Source: Moniliella sp. 'wahieum'
Lineage: Eukaryota
Assembly (NCBI GenBank): GCA_003971905.1
Contig: RSEE01000047.1
Span: 372,001 to 436,000, forward strand
DNA: 64,000 nt
Direction: 5' to 3'
The notes under the pieces are model-generated. The model saw nothing but the letters and a program-made list of their open reading frames with translations, ran no database searches and was not told where the DNA came from. How positions within the stretch are numbered: position 1 is the stretch's first letter; every line of letters begins with the position of its first letter. The translations under genes and the position numbers were made by a program. Positions 12,637 through 25,800 of the stretch are shown here, piece by piece.

Positions 12637-12970
12637 TATTCTTCTCCCTTGCGACAGGAGAAACCTCTTCCTTGGTTGGTGCACCACCGTACCTCCATCC
12701 GCATTTACTTTCCTACGTTTGGGTGCCTTCTTCCCCTCGCCCCTTGAGATAGCAAGCTGCTAGCTAAGCAAGCAGGCAGAGCAGGGTGGCCCATATGACA
12801 AGCAGTGATATTACCGAGCTTACAATCTGTGCGGAGCTTGTCCCTGGATGGACCGAGCCCCTCTGGGGCTCAGCTAGAGTGGCGAGGGGAACGGGGCAAG
12901 TCAAGGCGCCGAGTCGGGCCTGCCGTGCACCGTCCCAGTGGGTAATAGGGCAACAAGAGCCAACCAGGGT

Positions 12971-13536
12971 CTAAGCAAAGGACTGAGCTGCGGCCGAGCA
13001 CGCCTTGAGTTGTTCCAAGTAGTACGCACAGGCGTTCGTGTCGTTGTTGGTCGCCTCAAAGCAGCGCAGCAGATCTAACCGGGCAGACAGTTAGCCATTG
13101 TTATTCGCACGGGCCAATCCACTCCAAATCCAAAGCAATCAGGGGAGCACGTACCTTTGGACTGCGCTTCGCATGCAGCGCCCTTGGTGGCGTCTTGGGC
13201 ATTGTAGCCCTGGGCCCAAGCGGCGGGCTGTTGCTCCTGCTGGGGGGCAGGCGCCGGCTCCGAAGAAGAGGAGCCGCCAAAGAGCATGTTGCTCAGCCCG
13301 TGGCCAACCGTAGACCCGACCGCGACACCGGCGGCGGTGGAGGCCATGTTGGCAAACAGACCGCCGCCGCCCATGCTGGGCTGGGCCATGGGAGGTGGCG
13401 CAGCTGGTGCGGGGCGGGGGGCGGGGCATGGTGCTGCGGGGGCGGGTGGTAGGCCTGGGTAGAGGCGCTGCGGGAGCCCGAGGGCATGCGCGAAGAGGGC
13501 GAGGGGCGAGAGCTGGAGCGGCCGCGCGCGGGGCAT
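12971..13536 (-). CDS. MIX17: Mitochondrial IMS twin-CX9C protein Mix17 (CHCHD2/10 family)
   Basis: GGGLFANMASTAAGVAVGSTVGHG; CEAQSK|DLLRC...NACAYYLEQLKAC; intron ~13076-13153. Confidence 0.92.
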
Positions 13537-13961
13537 GGTGAGTAAGTTGGAGAGTGGAAGGTGGAGAGAGGCGGTGGCGGGGCGGGGCGGGGCGGGGGGG
13601 GTTATATAGGCCAGCGGGGCCACGGACCCTTCTGCTCTCTTTCCGCGCCGGGCTTCTTCCAGCACCTTCGGGCGCTTCGCCTGCCTCATTAACCGCTGCT
13701 GCTCCGGCCGACGTCCACTCGCCGCTGCCTAGTCCCGCCGGCCTGCGCATTACTAATTCCGCTTGCTCCCCCCCGAGCCCCGTGCCCAAGGGGGGTCACG
13801 TGCCCTAGCTGAGGTCAGCACTGTCAGCTCCATTTTTTTCGAGCCATGCTCCGCTCCGGCAGAGGCTATGTTGACATGCTAGCTAGTCGATAGCTAGCCA
13901 GCCACACCGATTGGCTCCCGTGCCGTCCTCACCCTCGCCTGGTTGATCCTCACACCCCACC

Positions 13962-14332
13962 ATGCCCAAAGCTGGCAAGCCACCGTACGTCCCTCCTCCC
14001 GCCCCGCCTGGTTCGGCCTAACCGTCTATTGCCTCTCTTCCTCTCTCTCTCAGGCGCGGAGCGCAAGCAACCTGCGCCCCACCCGATCATCGAGGGCCGA
14101 CGCTGCCCAGGCCGAGGCCCAGCCCAAGCCCAAGCCCACGTCTTCCGAAGCATGGACGAGCAGTGTGCAGCAGGCCAAGAAGAAAGGGGCCAATCGGAAA
14201 CGCGGCTCGCTGTCCTCGGTCGCGGCGCGCGCCAAGCGCGAAAAGGCTCTCGAGCGCCAAGATCGGCTGAACGCCAAGAAGAACAGGAAAGAAACTCGGC
14301 TAGCACGCAACCAGGCGGGACGCGGGGAATGA
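13962..14332 (+). CDS. Small basic protein, possibly Alb1-like ribosome biogenesis factor
   Basis: ATG 13962 (MPKAGKP), intron 13985-14053 with CTAAC branch; Lys/Arg-rich helix AKREKALERQDRLNAKKNRK. 3' end uncertain (GTAAG right after). Confidence 0.55.
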
Positions 14333-14869
14333 ACGGTAAGATCTAAGATCGGACAGCTTAGGTTGGAAGGGCATGGTAGGGTATGGCATGGAATGGCGGT
14401 GGTTGATGGGGACAAATTGGTGCATGTGGGGAAGAGAGGGGCGGGACGTGGGGTACGGTTTACCACGCCAGCAGCGGGGCAACAACGAACGTCAGCAGAA
14501 ACAACAGGTCGTCCAGATCGTCCCAGGAGAAGGGCAGAGAAGTGGAACCGAGGCAGGACACAGGGACCGGCGTTGGAGGCGGTGACAACGGGAGACCGTC
14601 TAGCGCAGGCGGTCGAGTCGGCCTGGGTCTCCCGGGCTCCGGTTGATCTCCCCCCGAGGCGGGCGTGATGCATGATGCATGATGGGAGGTAGGCCCAACT
14701 GCTGCAACGCGCGATCGGACCAGGACCAGGAAACCCACCCGGCTGGCACACGCCCTGACCAGGTCGGGTACGAGTACAGCTGCGCGACGGCCTGGTGCGG
14801 TGTAAAAAACAGAGGTTGCGCGGTGCATCGTCCGCCTGTACCGCCTCCGACGGGCGGAGATGGACAAGG

Positions 14870-15940
14870 CGGATTTGCAGAGGACAATGTGCATGCTGCC
14901 AGGAGAAAAGGCTGTTGCGAACTAACCACCGACCATTCCCCAATCGTTTTCCTTGGCTTCCATACACGCCCAGCGTCGGGCCAGAAACGTACGCCACAAA
15001 GCCGGCTTGGCCAGTGTTGCGGAAGAAGGAAGGATAGTTTTTGAACAACACGGTGGTGTTGCCGTTACCAAAACTGATTACTAGCGCTTGGCTGGGCGGG
15101 TCGAGCGAGACAATGTCACATAGTGTACGAGGACTCTGAGGAAACCACAATGTTAATCATCATCCTGGAAGCAACAGGAGACAACGTACCTTGTCTATCG
15201 TGGCTACTCGTTCAACCAAAGCGACAGGATCCTTCGCTTGGAAAGTAAATTCAATCTGTTGCGTCAATGGCTTTTGCCCCCGAGGACGGCGGTCAGGGTG
15301 CACCATGCCATGCTCTAAACTCCAGATGGGCGCACCTGTGACAAAGTCGTCTGGACCTGCTCGCCAGTTTCGACATTATAGATGCGGACTTCTTTCACGG
15401 TCCATCTAGTCCAGCGGTTCAGTGGCTGCAATCCAGCAGGCATAGAAGGGGGGAGGGGTGGCAACGCACCTTGCCAAGAGGGCGGGGCAAACGTATGCCT
15501 CCCCACAGCAAATGGGAACGTGGCGAGTTTGACAAACTGGCCGGGGCGAGGGGAGCGGCCGAACCAGTGTGGTGGGGCAGGTAGGTTTCCAAGCGGTAAA
15601 AGATAGTGCTGGGCCGCGCGTGCCGGGTGCGAGGCGCGAACGCAATGTACCCTTTCGGGTGGGAGAGCTGGAGAGCACGGCTGTGTCCCGCCTGCTTGGG
15701 AGATGGGCGAGGAGGTGTGCACGGGGCCTTAGGCCTTACGACCACCCGTCTTCGATTCATCTACAATCCCGTCGCCGAACAATGCCAGCTGATTGAGTTG
15801 ATCGGACCATCGCCCACGTCCAGGACCGCAGTCATCGATGGCAAAAGGGAACCAAGTATGGATTGGACAAGTAGGCAGCCAGTACAGACGCACTTTTTAC
15901 CAACCGACAACCACGGGCTTTTCGGGCCTAGTACATAGAT
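14870..15940 (-). pseudogene. Degraded beta-propeller-like gene fragment, resembling the C-terminal part of the F-box gene at 52.8 kb
   Basis: Intron 15136-15189 (GTACGT...TTAAC...CTCAG) joins VERVATIDK to SPRTLCDIVSLDPPSQALVISFGNGNTTVLFKNY; VRIYNVET resembles VVVYNVDT of the F-box gene; no clear start or F-box. Ends approximate. Confidence 0.45.
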
Positions 15941-17990
15941 GAAGCAGCTGCAAGCAGTACCGGCGCGCCGCAACGACGCCACGGTGACGCGTTGCGCGAT
16001 ACGACGCGTCACGCGCTCACGCGTCACGCGGCATGCGGCAAGCTTCAAGCACATGCATCATGATGCATGATGCATCATAGCACGTGACGCGTGGCGTGGG
16101 CGTGCAAGATTTCGCCACTTGGAGTACCCGCTGTAACAGTGTTACACTAAATCCAACAAGTGGGGGGAGAGGGGGTTCTCGAAGCAAGCGCACCCCGACT
16201 TGTCGCTGAGACTCAGCAGCCATGCATCGTGCATCATGCATCGTGCATCATGCATCATGGCCGCCCCTCTGAAAAACGAGTGAAGGAGGGTGCCTCGGGA
16301 CGCTCGCTCGCTCGCCCACCCGAAAAAGTTTGTGCGAGAAAAGGGGGGGCTGGGCATGCCAAGGGTACATTTCAAAGGTTGGTAAGGGAATCGAGATCGT
16401 CGATCATCGATCATTAATCAAGCTTCCAGCTTCCAGCTCACCAAGCGGCACGTCCAGGCGAGGGCAGCTCGGGTGTGTGACATGTGACCGGTGAATATGA
16501 ATACGAATGAGGCGCTCGAGGAGGTGGATGAAGTCATCGACCATCCATCTCATCAGCGCCATCAGCGCATCAGCCCTTGCAGGCCCCCTCGCCGTGGCCT
16601 CCTCTCTCCTCCCTCTCTCCTCTGCCCGACTCCCCCGATGTCAAGCACCGATCGCAGCCCTGTTCTCCACTGTTTCTCAGGGGAGGGGCAGAGCCTGCTT
16701 GGTGCATCGCGCCGCCCAAGTTCGACTCGTCAGTCGCTAGTTACCTAGTTACTAGTTAGTAGCACTCTCCGAACGGCCTGGCCCAGCCTAGCCCCCCGGC
16801 CTGGGTGCCTGGCCTGGGGTGCGGCAGGGGCGGCCTTTCCATATCAGCTGAGGCTCAGGCGCTCAGCCTGGTTGAGGCGCTGGCTGCTAAAAAGCTAAGT
16901 AAGCGCTAAGGCTAAGCGCCCACTCTCGGCAACCAAGCTAAGCCATGCTGAGTGCTGTGCTGTGCTGAACTGGGGCTGGATGTGCGTGACGCGTGACGCG
17001 TGACGATGCAGAGTGACTCGGTGACTCGGTGCCGGTGACCGGTGACTAGTGACTAGTGACATTGCCATGCAGGACACCATCCCGTTCGAGGCTGCGCGGT
17101 TCGCATCCGCGTCCAGCCACTTAGCAACTCGTTTTAGTAGCCCGTCGCCGCTCTCGCGCGTCCGCCGCATACAAGTCCCCCGAGCGCCCAGCGCTCTCAA
17201 TGGGAACGTTGCCCATCCGTACAGCGTGCCCATAGCGCTCCTTGCGGGTGGCTGGGCAGCTGCTCTCTAGGCGCTTCCAGTTGCTAGTTACATGTTACAG
17301 GAGCAGCTGGGACCTACCATATATCAAGCTTCTCGCGATTCGACCCCTTGGGCTAGGAAAGCAGGCCAATCTACCAGTAGAGGTTACCACGCACAGACCA
17401 ACCCCCCAGCCAAGGTCCAGAGAAAAGATGGTACGGTACATTCAAACAAACAAATAAGAACCGTCTGAGCGCCAGCGCTCCAGACCAGCAACGAGAGGTA
17501 TATGCTGAGAAAATACGGGGGGACGAGCGGAGAGGAGGGCAGGGCGAGGTACGGCGAGCCAGGCATCCACAAGCTCCACGGGAGCCAGCGAGCGGTCCAA
17601 CGCCCGCCTGGTGAACCGCACCGAGGAAACGGGACGAGTGACGGGTGCCAGGACGGGTGCGAGGGGGCCAGCTCAGGTCAAGGTCATCATGGGCGCATGC
17701 TTGAGACTTGAGAGCCGAGGCACAGCGCCGAGACAGGGCGATCCAATCCAGCGGGGGGGGGGAGACAAAGGACAAAGCGAGGAGTGCGGGAAACGATGGG
17801 AGGAGGGGGGGGGGGATGCGAGACGTATGAAGCAGAGACATGGGGATGCGAGAAAAATGCAGACCGGGGTGAAGGGCGTGCGTGCAGAGGCACGCAGTGA
17901 CCCATGGCGGTCATGGATAAAAACAAGTGGGAGAGCGAGGAACCGAGGCTCAGGGACAGAGCGCAGCGCAACAAGTGACGAGACGAGGCG

Positions 17991-18217
17991 CTAGCTCCGC
18001 ATCGTCCTGCACCGTGCATCGGCCGGATCGCACACGGGCCCCGTGTGCCTCGTCGTTGCGCTGGGGTGCTGGTGCAGGTCGTGCACAGTTTGTTTCGGCA
18101 GCGCAGGCGCGCGGCTAACCGGACGCGCATTGACCAGATCCGCGTCGCAGAAGACACAGATTCCTGTCCGGTGCGCGTCACGTGTCCGCACTCGGCGCAG
18201 ACAGCGTACGTCGTCAT
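17991..18217 (-). CDS. Zinc-finger microprotein A (~75 aa; CX2CX10CX2C after one +1 correction)
   Basis: TATA at 18521-18527, pyrimidine-rich leader, 5'-UTR intron 18224-18317 (GTAAGT...GCTAAC...CCCCAG), ACAACC-ATG. Restoring one G at 18163-18164 gives MTTYAVCAECGHVTRTGQGICVFCDADLVNARP...RCRTMRS*. Confidence 0.7.
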
Positions 18218-18520
18218 GGTTGTCTGGGGCGGAGCAAGGGCAGAGGAGGGTTAGCTGAGCGTGGGGGGAGGAGGCAGACGCGGCCAGAGAGGGCGCGTGC
18301 GGCAAACACCAACTTACGGAGAGGAGGCGGCGGCGGCGGAAAGTGGAACGAGGTGGGCGGGAGAGGGAGAATAGCGCGGTGGGCAAGAGCAAGACGTGCT
18401 GTAGAGGAAGCAGCAGCGTTCAAGGAGCAAGCGGGGGGTGGGCGTAGGAGCGAGCAGGCGCAGAAGCGGTGGGTGGGGGGTGGGGGGGTAGCACAGGCGG
18501 GGGGGCGGGGTGGGGGTGGC

Positions 18521-18527
18521 TATTATA
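18521..18527 (-). promoter_or_regulatory. TATA box of microgene A
   Basis: TATAATA on the minus strand, in a GC-rich context, followed by a C/T-rich leader. Confidence 0.65.
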
Positions 18528-21500
18528 TCCCCGGGCGGGCGTTGAACGTTGAACGTTGAGTCGTTGAACGTTGAACGTAACGGTGACCGGGGCAGGCGCA
18601 GGGCCCCGATTCGGCGCGGTGGCAGCAGCGGGCGATTGGGGCGATGCTGGCCGCTGGCAGCCAAGACTGCCGGCCCAGGCACGCAGGCAGCTCGCCAGTG
18701 CCCACGGCCGGCCACGTTGCCGGCGCGGACACTGCCCCCCTGCCGCGCATTCCGGCCCCCCATTATGCATTAGAGCGAGGCGCCGCCAGCGGGGGGCACC
18801 GCAGCGGGCACCGCAGCCCAGGCGCCGCTGCAGCAGCGCCTGCGCAGGCGCATCGGATGGGTGATCTTAGCATGCCGCGGAGCGCAGTGGCAGTGCGCAG
18901 CGGAACTTGCTCAGGCTCACGCGTCACGCGTCATGCGTTGCCTGGGGGGTGCGCTGGGGAGGTCACCCGTCTGACATGGCAGCGCATGCTGGGGCGGCGT
19001 GGGGCGGGTGGTGCGGCGTGGTGCGGCGTGGTGCAGCGGTGGGGGCGATGCATGGGGCCATAGGGCGCCGCCCGGCAGGACCCCCATGCCAAGAAGCGTC
19101 ATCGATCAGCCATTACTACTTAGTACTTAGTGCCGTACTCGGGGGTGCGTGCATCGCAGTCGTCAGTAACTCAGTACTCAGTTACTCAGTCTGCTGAGCG
19201 TCACAGCCGCTCTCGCACCCTCGCAGCTCGGCCGTCCACGGGCAACCCCCTGAGCTGGGCCTGCGTCATCGACATCGATCATCCGAGTGAGCCACCCATC
19301 GAGTCGTAGCCATCGCAGCCATCGGTGAACCAGCGACATCCATCGCCAGCGCCATGTACCATGGACCAGCCCGCCCCCACTAGGCCAAGCAGGCAAGCAG
19401 GCGCTGCGCAGGGCGTGAGTGCATCAGCGCGCTTGCCTACTCATCATCGCATGCATCTCCATCCATTCCTCCGATCGATGACTGAGCACGGCGCAGTGAA
19501 CATTGCACATTGCACCAACAAACACAACCTGGGCCGGAATGCCAAGGCAAGCCGCTTGCGTGTGCGCAGGCTTAGGGCCGCGGGCACAGCGCCAGTCAAC
19601 CTGGTCAACGGCCATTCGCTCGGCGCGAGCGGTGGGGCGGAGCCTCAGCACGCAGCGCTGCGCGCGCAGCTTCAAGCTTCTAGTGACTACTCGAGTGACC
19701 ACAGTGACTACGACCTACTCCACCTCCTCCTACCTGCCCCGATGAGGATGCGCTCTCGTTTGCCACAGTAGCCGCCCCAGCATGGCGCCGCACACGACAA
19801 CCCCACTCCACATCAAAAAGTGGGGAACGCAAAAGCCGAGAGACGAGAGCAGTCGACCTGCGAGGGGGCCCTCCCCCCGCCCGCGACAGAAGCAATGAAG
19901 CACAGAGAGCGAGAATCAGGGGCTCCTGCCCAAGTCGTATGCTCCGAATGTGGTGCTCACCACCATGACCGAAGTGGAGTAAGGATTGCACACATGGTGG
20001 GGATGTGGCCCTGCTCGTTTCCCCAGCTCAGCACTCACATAACTCACAACTCGCATGTCTTCACAGAGCTGTCCAAACGTGAGCCCCTCCTCTCTGTCGG
20101 GGCTCCGCGCGCATCCACATCCCGCATCACGTCACCGGCGTCACGGCTATCCTATCGTGCTCGTCATGGCGCTGTCCCTTGCGAGGGGTGGAGCAGGACG
20201 TATATAATAGCTCAAGTATATACCCCGGCCCCGCTGCAATGCTCCACCGGCCGCCACATGTCTGTCGTATTCTATGTACGTGCCCCCGCAATGAGAGGAC
20301 CTAGATTTTAACGCGGTACCCCGTGGTCGGATGGCCATGCCCCGATCCACACTAACAAGTTGGCTCAAGTGTGGAGCCTAGATAGACACTGAGATCGGAG
20401 AAGCGAAGCCTGGGAAACTCCTACAGGTGTTGTAAGGAAGAAAAGCAAAACGACGTCGTCTCGCCATGGTATTAGAGCCCCGGGCAACAACATTCAATCC
20501 ACTACGCCACGGAGTGGGGCTGTTGGAGCACACATGCGCATGGACGCACATATGCTGCGGGGTGCGGGAGGTGGGGGAGAGTGGAGACACACAAAGGAAC
20601 GTCTCCTCTCTCCGCATTGGCTCCCAGATCTCACTACCTGCGCGCCGTAGCACTTTTGGGATCGATGACTAGTGACTAGTGACTGCGGTGCGTGCGCCTC
20701 AGCCTCTCAGGAGAAGCGTTCAAGTTGGAACGTTGAGGCGTTGGGCCAGCAGAGGGCGGTAAAGATCCCCTTTGCCCCACCTAGTCAGTAAGGTAGTTTG
20801 GGCTTTGGATTGACTTCGCTGGGAGACTACCAACGGAGGAGCGGCGACTGCTCCACAACTATAATAAAAAGCTTCTTACGCGCGTCGCGTTAATTTTGAG
20901 TCAGTACCGGCGCCGGCCGACGGGCTCCGAAAAATTGCCACTTTTCCCCCCCCGCTCCGCCGACACCCGGCGTAGACAGCAACTCCGAGAGCAAGTTATC
21001 GAGGCATGCCGACAGCCGGCCGTGAGATCTGAGACGCGTGAGAGTCTGTGAGAGCTTAAGGAAGCGAGTCATTAATAGAAGGCTCTCGCATAGTGCTCTT
21101 CCTCATAGCACCGCCATTCTTCCACAGGTCTTCTTCGTTTTGGGACGTATAGCGCCGTAGCGTGCATCCATCACTAGCTTCACTACAGAACAACAGTCCA
21201 ACGGATCTCAACACCACTGGCTCGGACATCTGTGCTGGAAGGCACATGCCCGCGTTGTGGTACCCGTGATACGTGTTCAAACCTCGAGTTATAACGCAGT
21301 GTGGGGATATGCAGGACACCCCACGTGGCACCAAGTGGAACCCCGTTGTTTCGGAGGGAGACTTGGTCGTGTTTAGTACGGACTAGAAGTGACTATAGTG
21401 ACAATGTTGACGATATAGTGACTATATAGGAACTGCGGCCGACGAAGGAAAGCGGTGCGCCGCGGAGCGGGACCGGCAAGCTGTGCTCTCTCGCCAGCTG

Positions 21501-22573
21501 CGTCGTTCTCCTGCCCCACACACGCTCCAACTAGGCGCTCGCAGGTTCCACACTCTGTCTTGTTGATTATAAAAAATTTACCGTGCAGAAGACTGTGCGT
21601 GTTTAACGTGCCCGTGTGCGCTCTTCCCTCAGGCCTCAGGCCTCATTCAAGAGGTCCCAGACCGGCATCAGACCTCAGCCTCAGACCTCAGCCTCAGACC
21701 TCAGTACTCAGTCCTCACCAGGCTGAGGGCTTCGGTCTCATTTACCCGTCCCATATGGTCTTTTGCTGTCTCTGCGTAAAGATCGAACGAGGCCGCACAC
21801 TGGCTCGGGAAGGATCTGCCGGCTGAATTTCTTCGCTCCGGACGAGGTTCCACGTCCATGATGCATGCGTTGCATCTGCTCATCTTCGTACTCCTTTAGC
21901 CCAGCCCTTTTCTCATCAAAGAGATCCGTTCATCTTCTCCGGCCTCAGGCGGGCGTCCTGCTTTCTTTCCCGTTAAAAACCAGTCCGCCCTCCTTTTGTG
22001 GCATGTGAGGTACCTCTGACCTTCAGTTGTTGGGACAGGACTTCAGAAGAAATTATATGCACATCCTATACTCATTGATTGGCTTTGAACCGTCCTTCTC
22101 CTCAGACCACAGCCGTCCTGCAGCCACGTTCACCTCTGCCCCGCATTTGTTCTCTAGAAACGGAACCGAGTCAAGGATCGCGTCTCAGCTCTTCCTATAG
22201 TGTGAGCGCTGGACTAACGCTCGTTCTTCATCTTTTCGAGTGAACGTCCAGTATGCGGTGGGTGTTACTAATACCCCCCCCGCGCGCGCGTTGTCCGTCC
22301 TCCCAGTGCCTTCTTTTCTTTCCCAGGTTATGCACCATGTCGCGTCGCGGCCCTGCCGGTAGTGCGTTCTCACTTATAGTGAAGACGGTGATATATGCTA
22401 TTAGATAATGCTTTTTTGGGGGGTGCAGGAAGGATATAACCAAACACCGTTTTTGCTGCCTAGTAACGATTCACGAAATGCGTCCCCTGTAAGTAATGTT
22501 TAGAGAGGTGAGGAACCAGGGCGTGCGTACAAGGCAGAGAGGATGAGTAGGGCAGAAAGGCAAACTCTTTGAA

Positions 22574-22807
22574 TCAGCTCATCCCTACTGCTTCCCTCCT
22601 CACTTCTCCATACAACAAAGCTCTCTGTGAGTGGGGCGAGGCAAAAGAGGGGGCGTATAGCACGTGGTCTCCTGTATAACCAGGGGGAGCTCCAAATAAG
22701 CACTGGGAACTACACGACAGGGGGGCAGGGTATTCTGAACGGCTTGATGAGGGGACAGGGGCAGCGAGACTCAACAGAGAAAAAGGGAGAAAGAAAGAGA
22801 AATGCAT
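22574..22807 (-). CDS. Candidate small secreted peptide (77 aa)
   Basis: MHFSFFLPFSLLSLA|APVP signal-like N-terminus; no recognised homology; could be a chance translation of a pyrimidine tract. Confidence 0.3.
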   Translation of the reverse strand: MHFSFFLPFSLLSLAAPVPSSSRSEYPAPLSCSSQCLFGAPPGYTGDHVLYAPSFASPHSQRALLYGEVRREAVGMS

Positions 22808-25800
22808 GCCGAACGAACTGCACAGGTTAATACACAACTCTTCAGGCACACAGCCCCCCAGATGTACAATCTGCCCTTGTTACTTCCTTGGGCATGGTAG
22901 CGAGGAATTGGACCGTGTGCCAAGTCGAGATGGCGTTGTGAGGCAAATAAATGTACACAAAAAACGGCTACGTACAACCCATCCAGGTCGCCTCCAGGAG
23001 GTTCTGCTTCCCATCCGAGAAAGGAGCAAAACCGTGTTCATCGAATGCGCTGCATGGCCGACGACCAATATACCAAAAACATCCGGCCGCGCCCGCGATC
23101 GTGAGATGGAGACGGTACCGATCGAGGACAATCCAGGATCTAGAACCCCCGCCACCAACGTTGGTGGGTGGGCTCTCAGAACTCAGAACCCACTCATGCT
23201 CAGAAACCCCGAAGAGTGGGGACAGGCGGGATGGCCTGTGCCATCGCCAGCGGGGATCCCCAGGATGGACAATATACCCGTCGGATAATAAGCTACCCAC
23301 AATAATAAGATTCACGGCGTGTGGGGTATAGGAAGCTATGAAGCTTATTGAAGAAAACAACCTGTTTCACTATGGCATCTCTCTTGTTTGCAGACGAGAC
23401 AAGAGCCCAGCGCGGGCAAGACACGGGCGCATTGGTGCACGCACCCTATGTAGTTCCTGCCCTGCGATCGCGCATGGCGGGGCGGATTGTTTGCTTTTAC
23501 AAGGTACACCCGCGGCTGGCTGTGGCGTGGCTCCTATTTTTTCCAGGGTACGTATACACACATCGCGCACCGAATCCATGCCGAGATCATGCGATCATGC
23601 TATGCCAGCTATTATATGCCCCTGTGTGTGTGTGCTGTACTAAATTACCCCCACCGTCATCGACGGGGCTGCTGCCGCGACCATCAAATGCATCCTACTC
23701 GTTGCACGCCGCGAGACCCCCCTATCCTGGTATCTCGATACCTTCGCCATACAGACGGTAGCCTTCGTATTTGATCCGCGATCAGAAAAATTGTCCTCGT
23801 AAATTAAGGAGCCATGACCCACGGCTTTTTCATTTACTCTCCCTAAGAGCATCACAGTGGGACCACGTGCCTACCAAGTGGAGCGCAGCTGTGGTTTTAT
23901 GATTCGATCTCTCGTCTATACACTACGGTCGATGCCCTTTCCCCTGGCCTAGGCCGGATCGGCGCTTGGGCAAGGTGAGATCTGTCCTCTGCTCTATGGG
24001 CTGCCTGAAACCTGCTGAGGGCCCGAGGGCTTGCCATGCATTGCATCATGTGGTGCCCGGGAGCAAGCCAGTCTCACCGACAGACAAACAAATGGCAGTG
24101 AATCGGAATCGGAATCGGAGCGTTCGAGACAACGGAAGAGGCATGTGTGGGGTAATTGAACTGTTGGGAGCATGCGTTACGCATTACAGAGCCAGCCTTC
24201 AGTTCTCCAACTATATATACGTTCACGTCTATGATGAAGCATGAAGAATTAATGAAGCTTGAAGATAGAACACGATGAGGCGGGTCGGCACAATCGGACT
24301 TTTCCACGGGGTCTCTTGAACGTTGCGCCTGGCCACGAGTTCCGTGGGAGAGTGTCTCCATGAGATGACCTCTGCAATGGACGCTTGGGGGAACATAAAC
24401 ACTGGATAGTGCTTTGCTGTAGTCGTCGGGCAGAGCCAGGCAGCGTCCCAGAAGGAAGGGAGGTTTTTCACACACACACGTTATTCATATGGGCCCGTGC
24501 GCCGGACCATCATGAAAGTGGGGAGCGCCGATGATCGAGGAAGGGAGAGCGAACTGTTGATTGAAAAGGTGGTTCTTATAGAGTGGAGTGTCTCAAAGAA
24601 GGGGAAAGAGGGGAAAGAAATGCTGGCCAGCTTATTGGCCATCACCATTTGGGATGTATAAGAACAGAGGCAGGTTCTATTCATGAGGAGAGAAGATGAA
24701 AGACCAACAGGTTTACAGTGTAAAGTGGAAAGGAGTCGGAGGGACGAAGTGAGGACCAAGGACGAAAGGCACACGAGGCGAGACGAGGCGAGGGTCAAGG
24801 ACATGAATCATCTCTCACGAAAGTATACACAGGCTCTCAGATATGAAAAAAGAGACCAATACAACCCTTTTAGTGTGCAACAGCTAATGTGCACCACAAT
24901 ATTGGCTGAGGTATATGTTTGCATCACTCGTAGTGCGCGCCCCTCCCCTTCCTAACATCAAAAGAATGTTTTACGGGCTGGGACTATAGACGTCAATCAT
25001 GGCTGTTGCGCTCATATGAACGCTATGAACATCCATGGCTGCATTACTTCTTTTCGCGTCTAAATCCACTGAACATGTACGCTTGGACCTGTGGGACGTG
25101 GGCCAAGAGTCTATCAGGTACGGCCGAGGGTGCTGTCACTGGTGTGCGTTTCCTTTTTGTTCACATCTCTTTTCTCATATCCTGCTTCGAATGAATTCTA
25201 CAGGAAAATGCGCGCACGGAGAATATAGTACAACGATTGTGTGAATTACGAGTTTCTTGATCTGTGTGCGTCCTGTCCTCTGGTGGTCGCTGGGTGAGGC
25301 TCTTCCCTCGGCCTGCCCTTTTATTGTTTGTGCCTTTTCGCTATCATTTTCCCCATCTCCATCTCTTGTTAATCTGTACCTTCTGCATCTTCATCATTAT
25401 GCATACACAAAGGATCACGATAACAAACTGCTTTCTCTCTCCGCCATACAACTCACGTCTGCTCTGAGGCCAAAATGAAGCATAGTGACGATAGCCTCAT
25501 GACGCCCTGAAGAGGCCTTGGATAGTAGTAGTAGTAGTGATGGTGGTGGTCTAAAGGCGAACCAACGAGAGACACCTAATACAAACAGCAACAAGCGATT
25601 TCCAGCACGATGGATACGGAACAACAAGAGGAAAAACAACAGAAGAGCGGAGGGAAAACATATACTTCCATCAAGCTGCATCATGCATGCTGATGTACAT
25701 AATGTACACCGAAGGCGGAAGAGACCATGTGCTGGGGGCACAAGAGACTAGTATAAGAGAGACTAATATCAACTTTTTTCTTCAAAAGAGCTGAGGGAGA

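Larger units (their letters stand above)
15985..21712. repeat. Left field of short period-7 (TGA/TCA + 4-nt palindrome) arrays
   Basis: e.g. TCA-TCGA-TCA-TTAA-TCA-AGCT (16404), TGA-CATG-TGA-CCGG-TGA (16478), TGA-CGCG x2 (16987), TGA-CCGG-TGA-CTAG-TGA-CTAG-TGA (17036), TGA-ACGT x2 (18543), TCA-GGCC x2 (21629). Confidence 0.9.

Noticed and set aside
24229..24520. Further zinc-finger microgene on the minus strand (VCVKNLPSFWDAAWLC)
   Set aside because: Needs several arbitrary frameshifts; the Cys codons come from a (TG)n microsatellite.
25415..25741. LRCTLC-containing ORF as another zinc finger
   Set aside because: No second CxxC and no in-frame ATG without editing; the rest is a translated pyrimidine tract.
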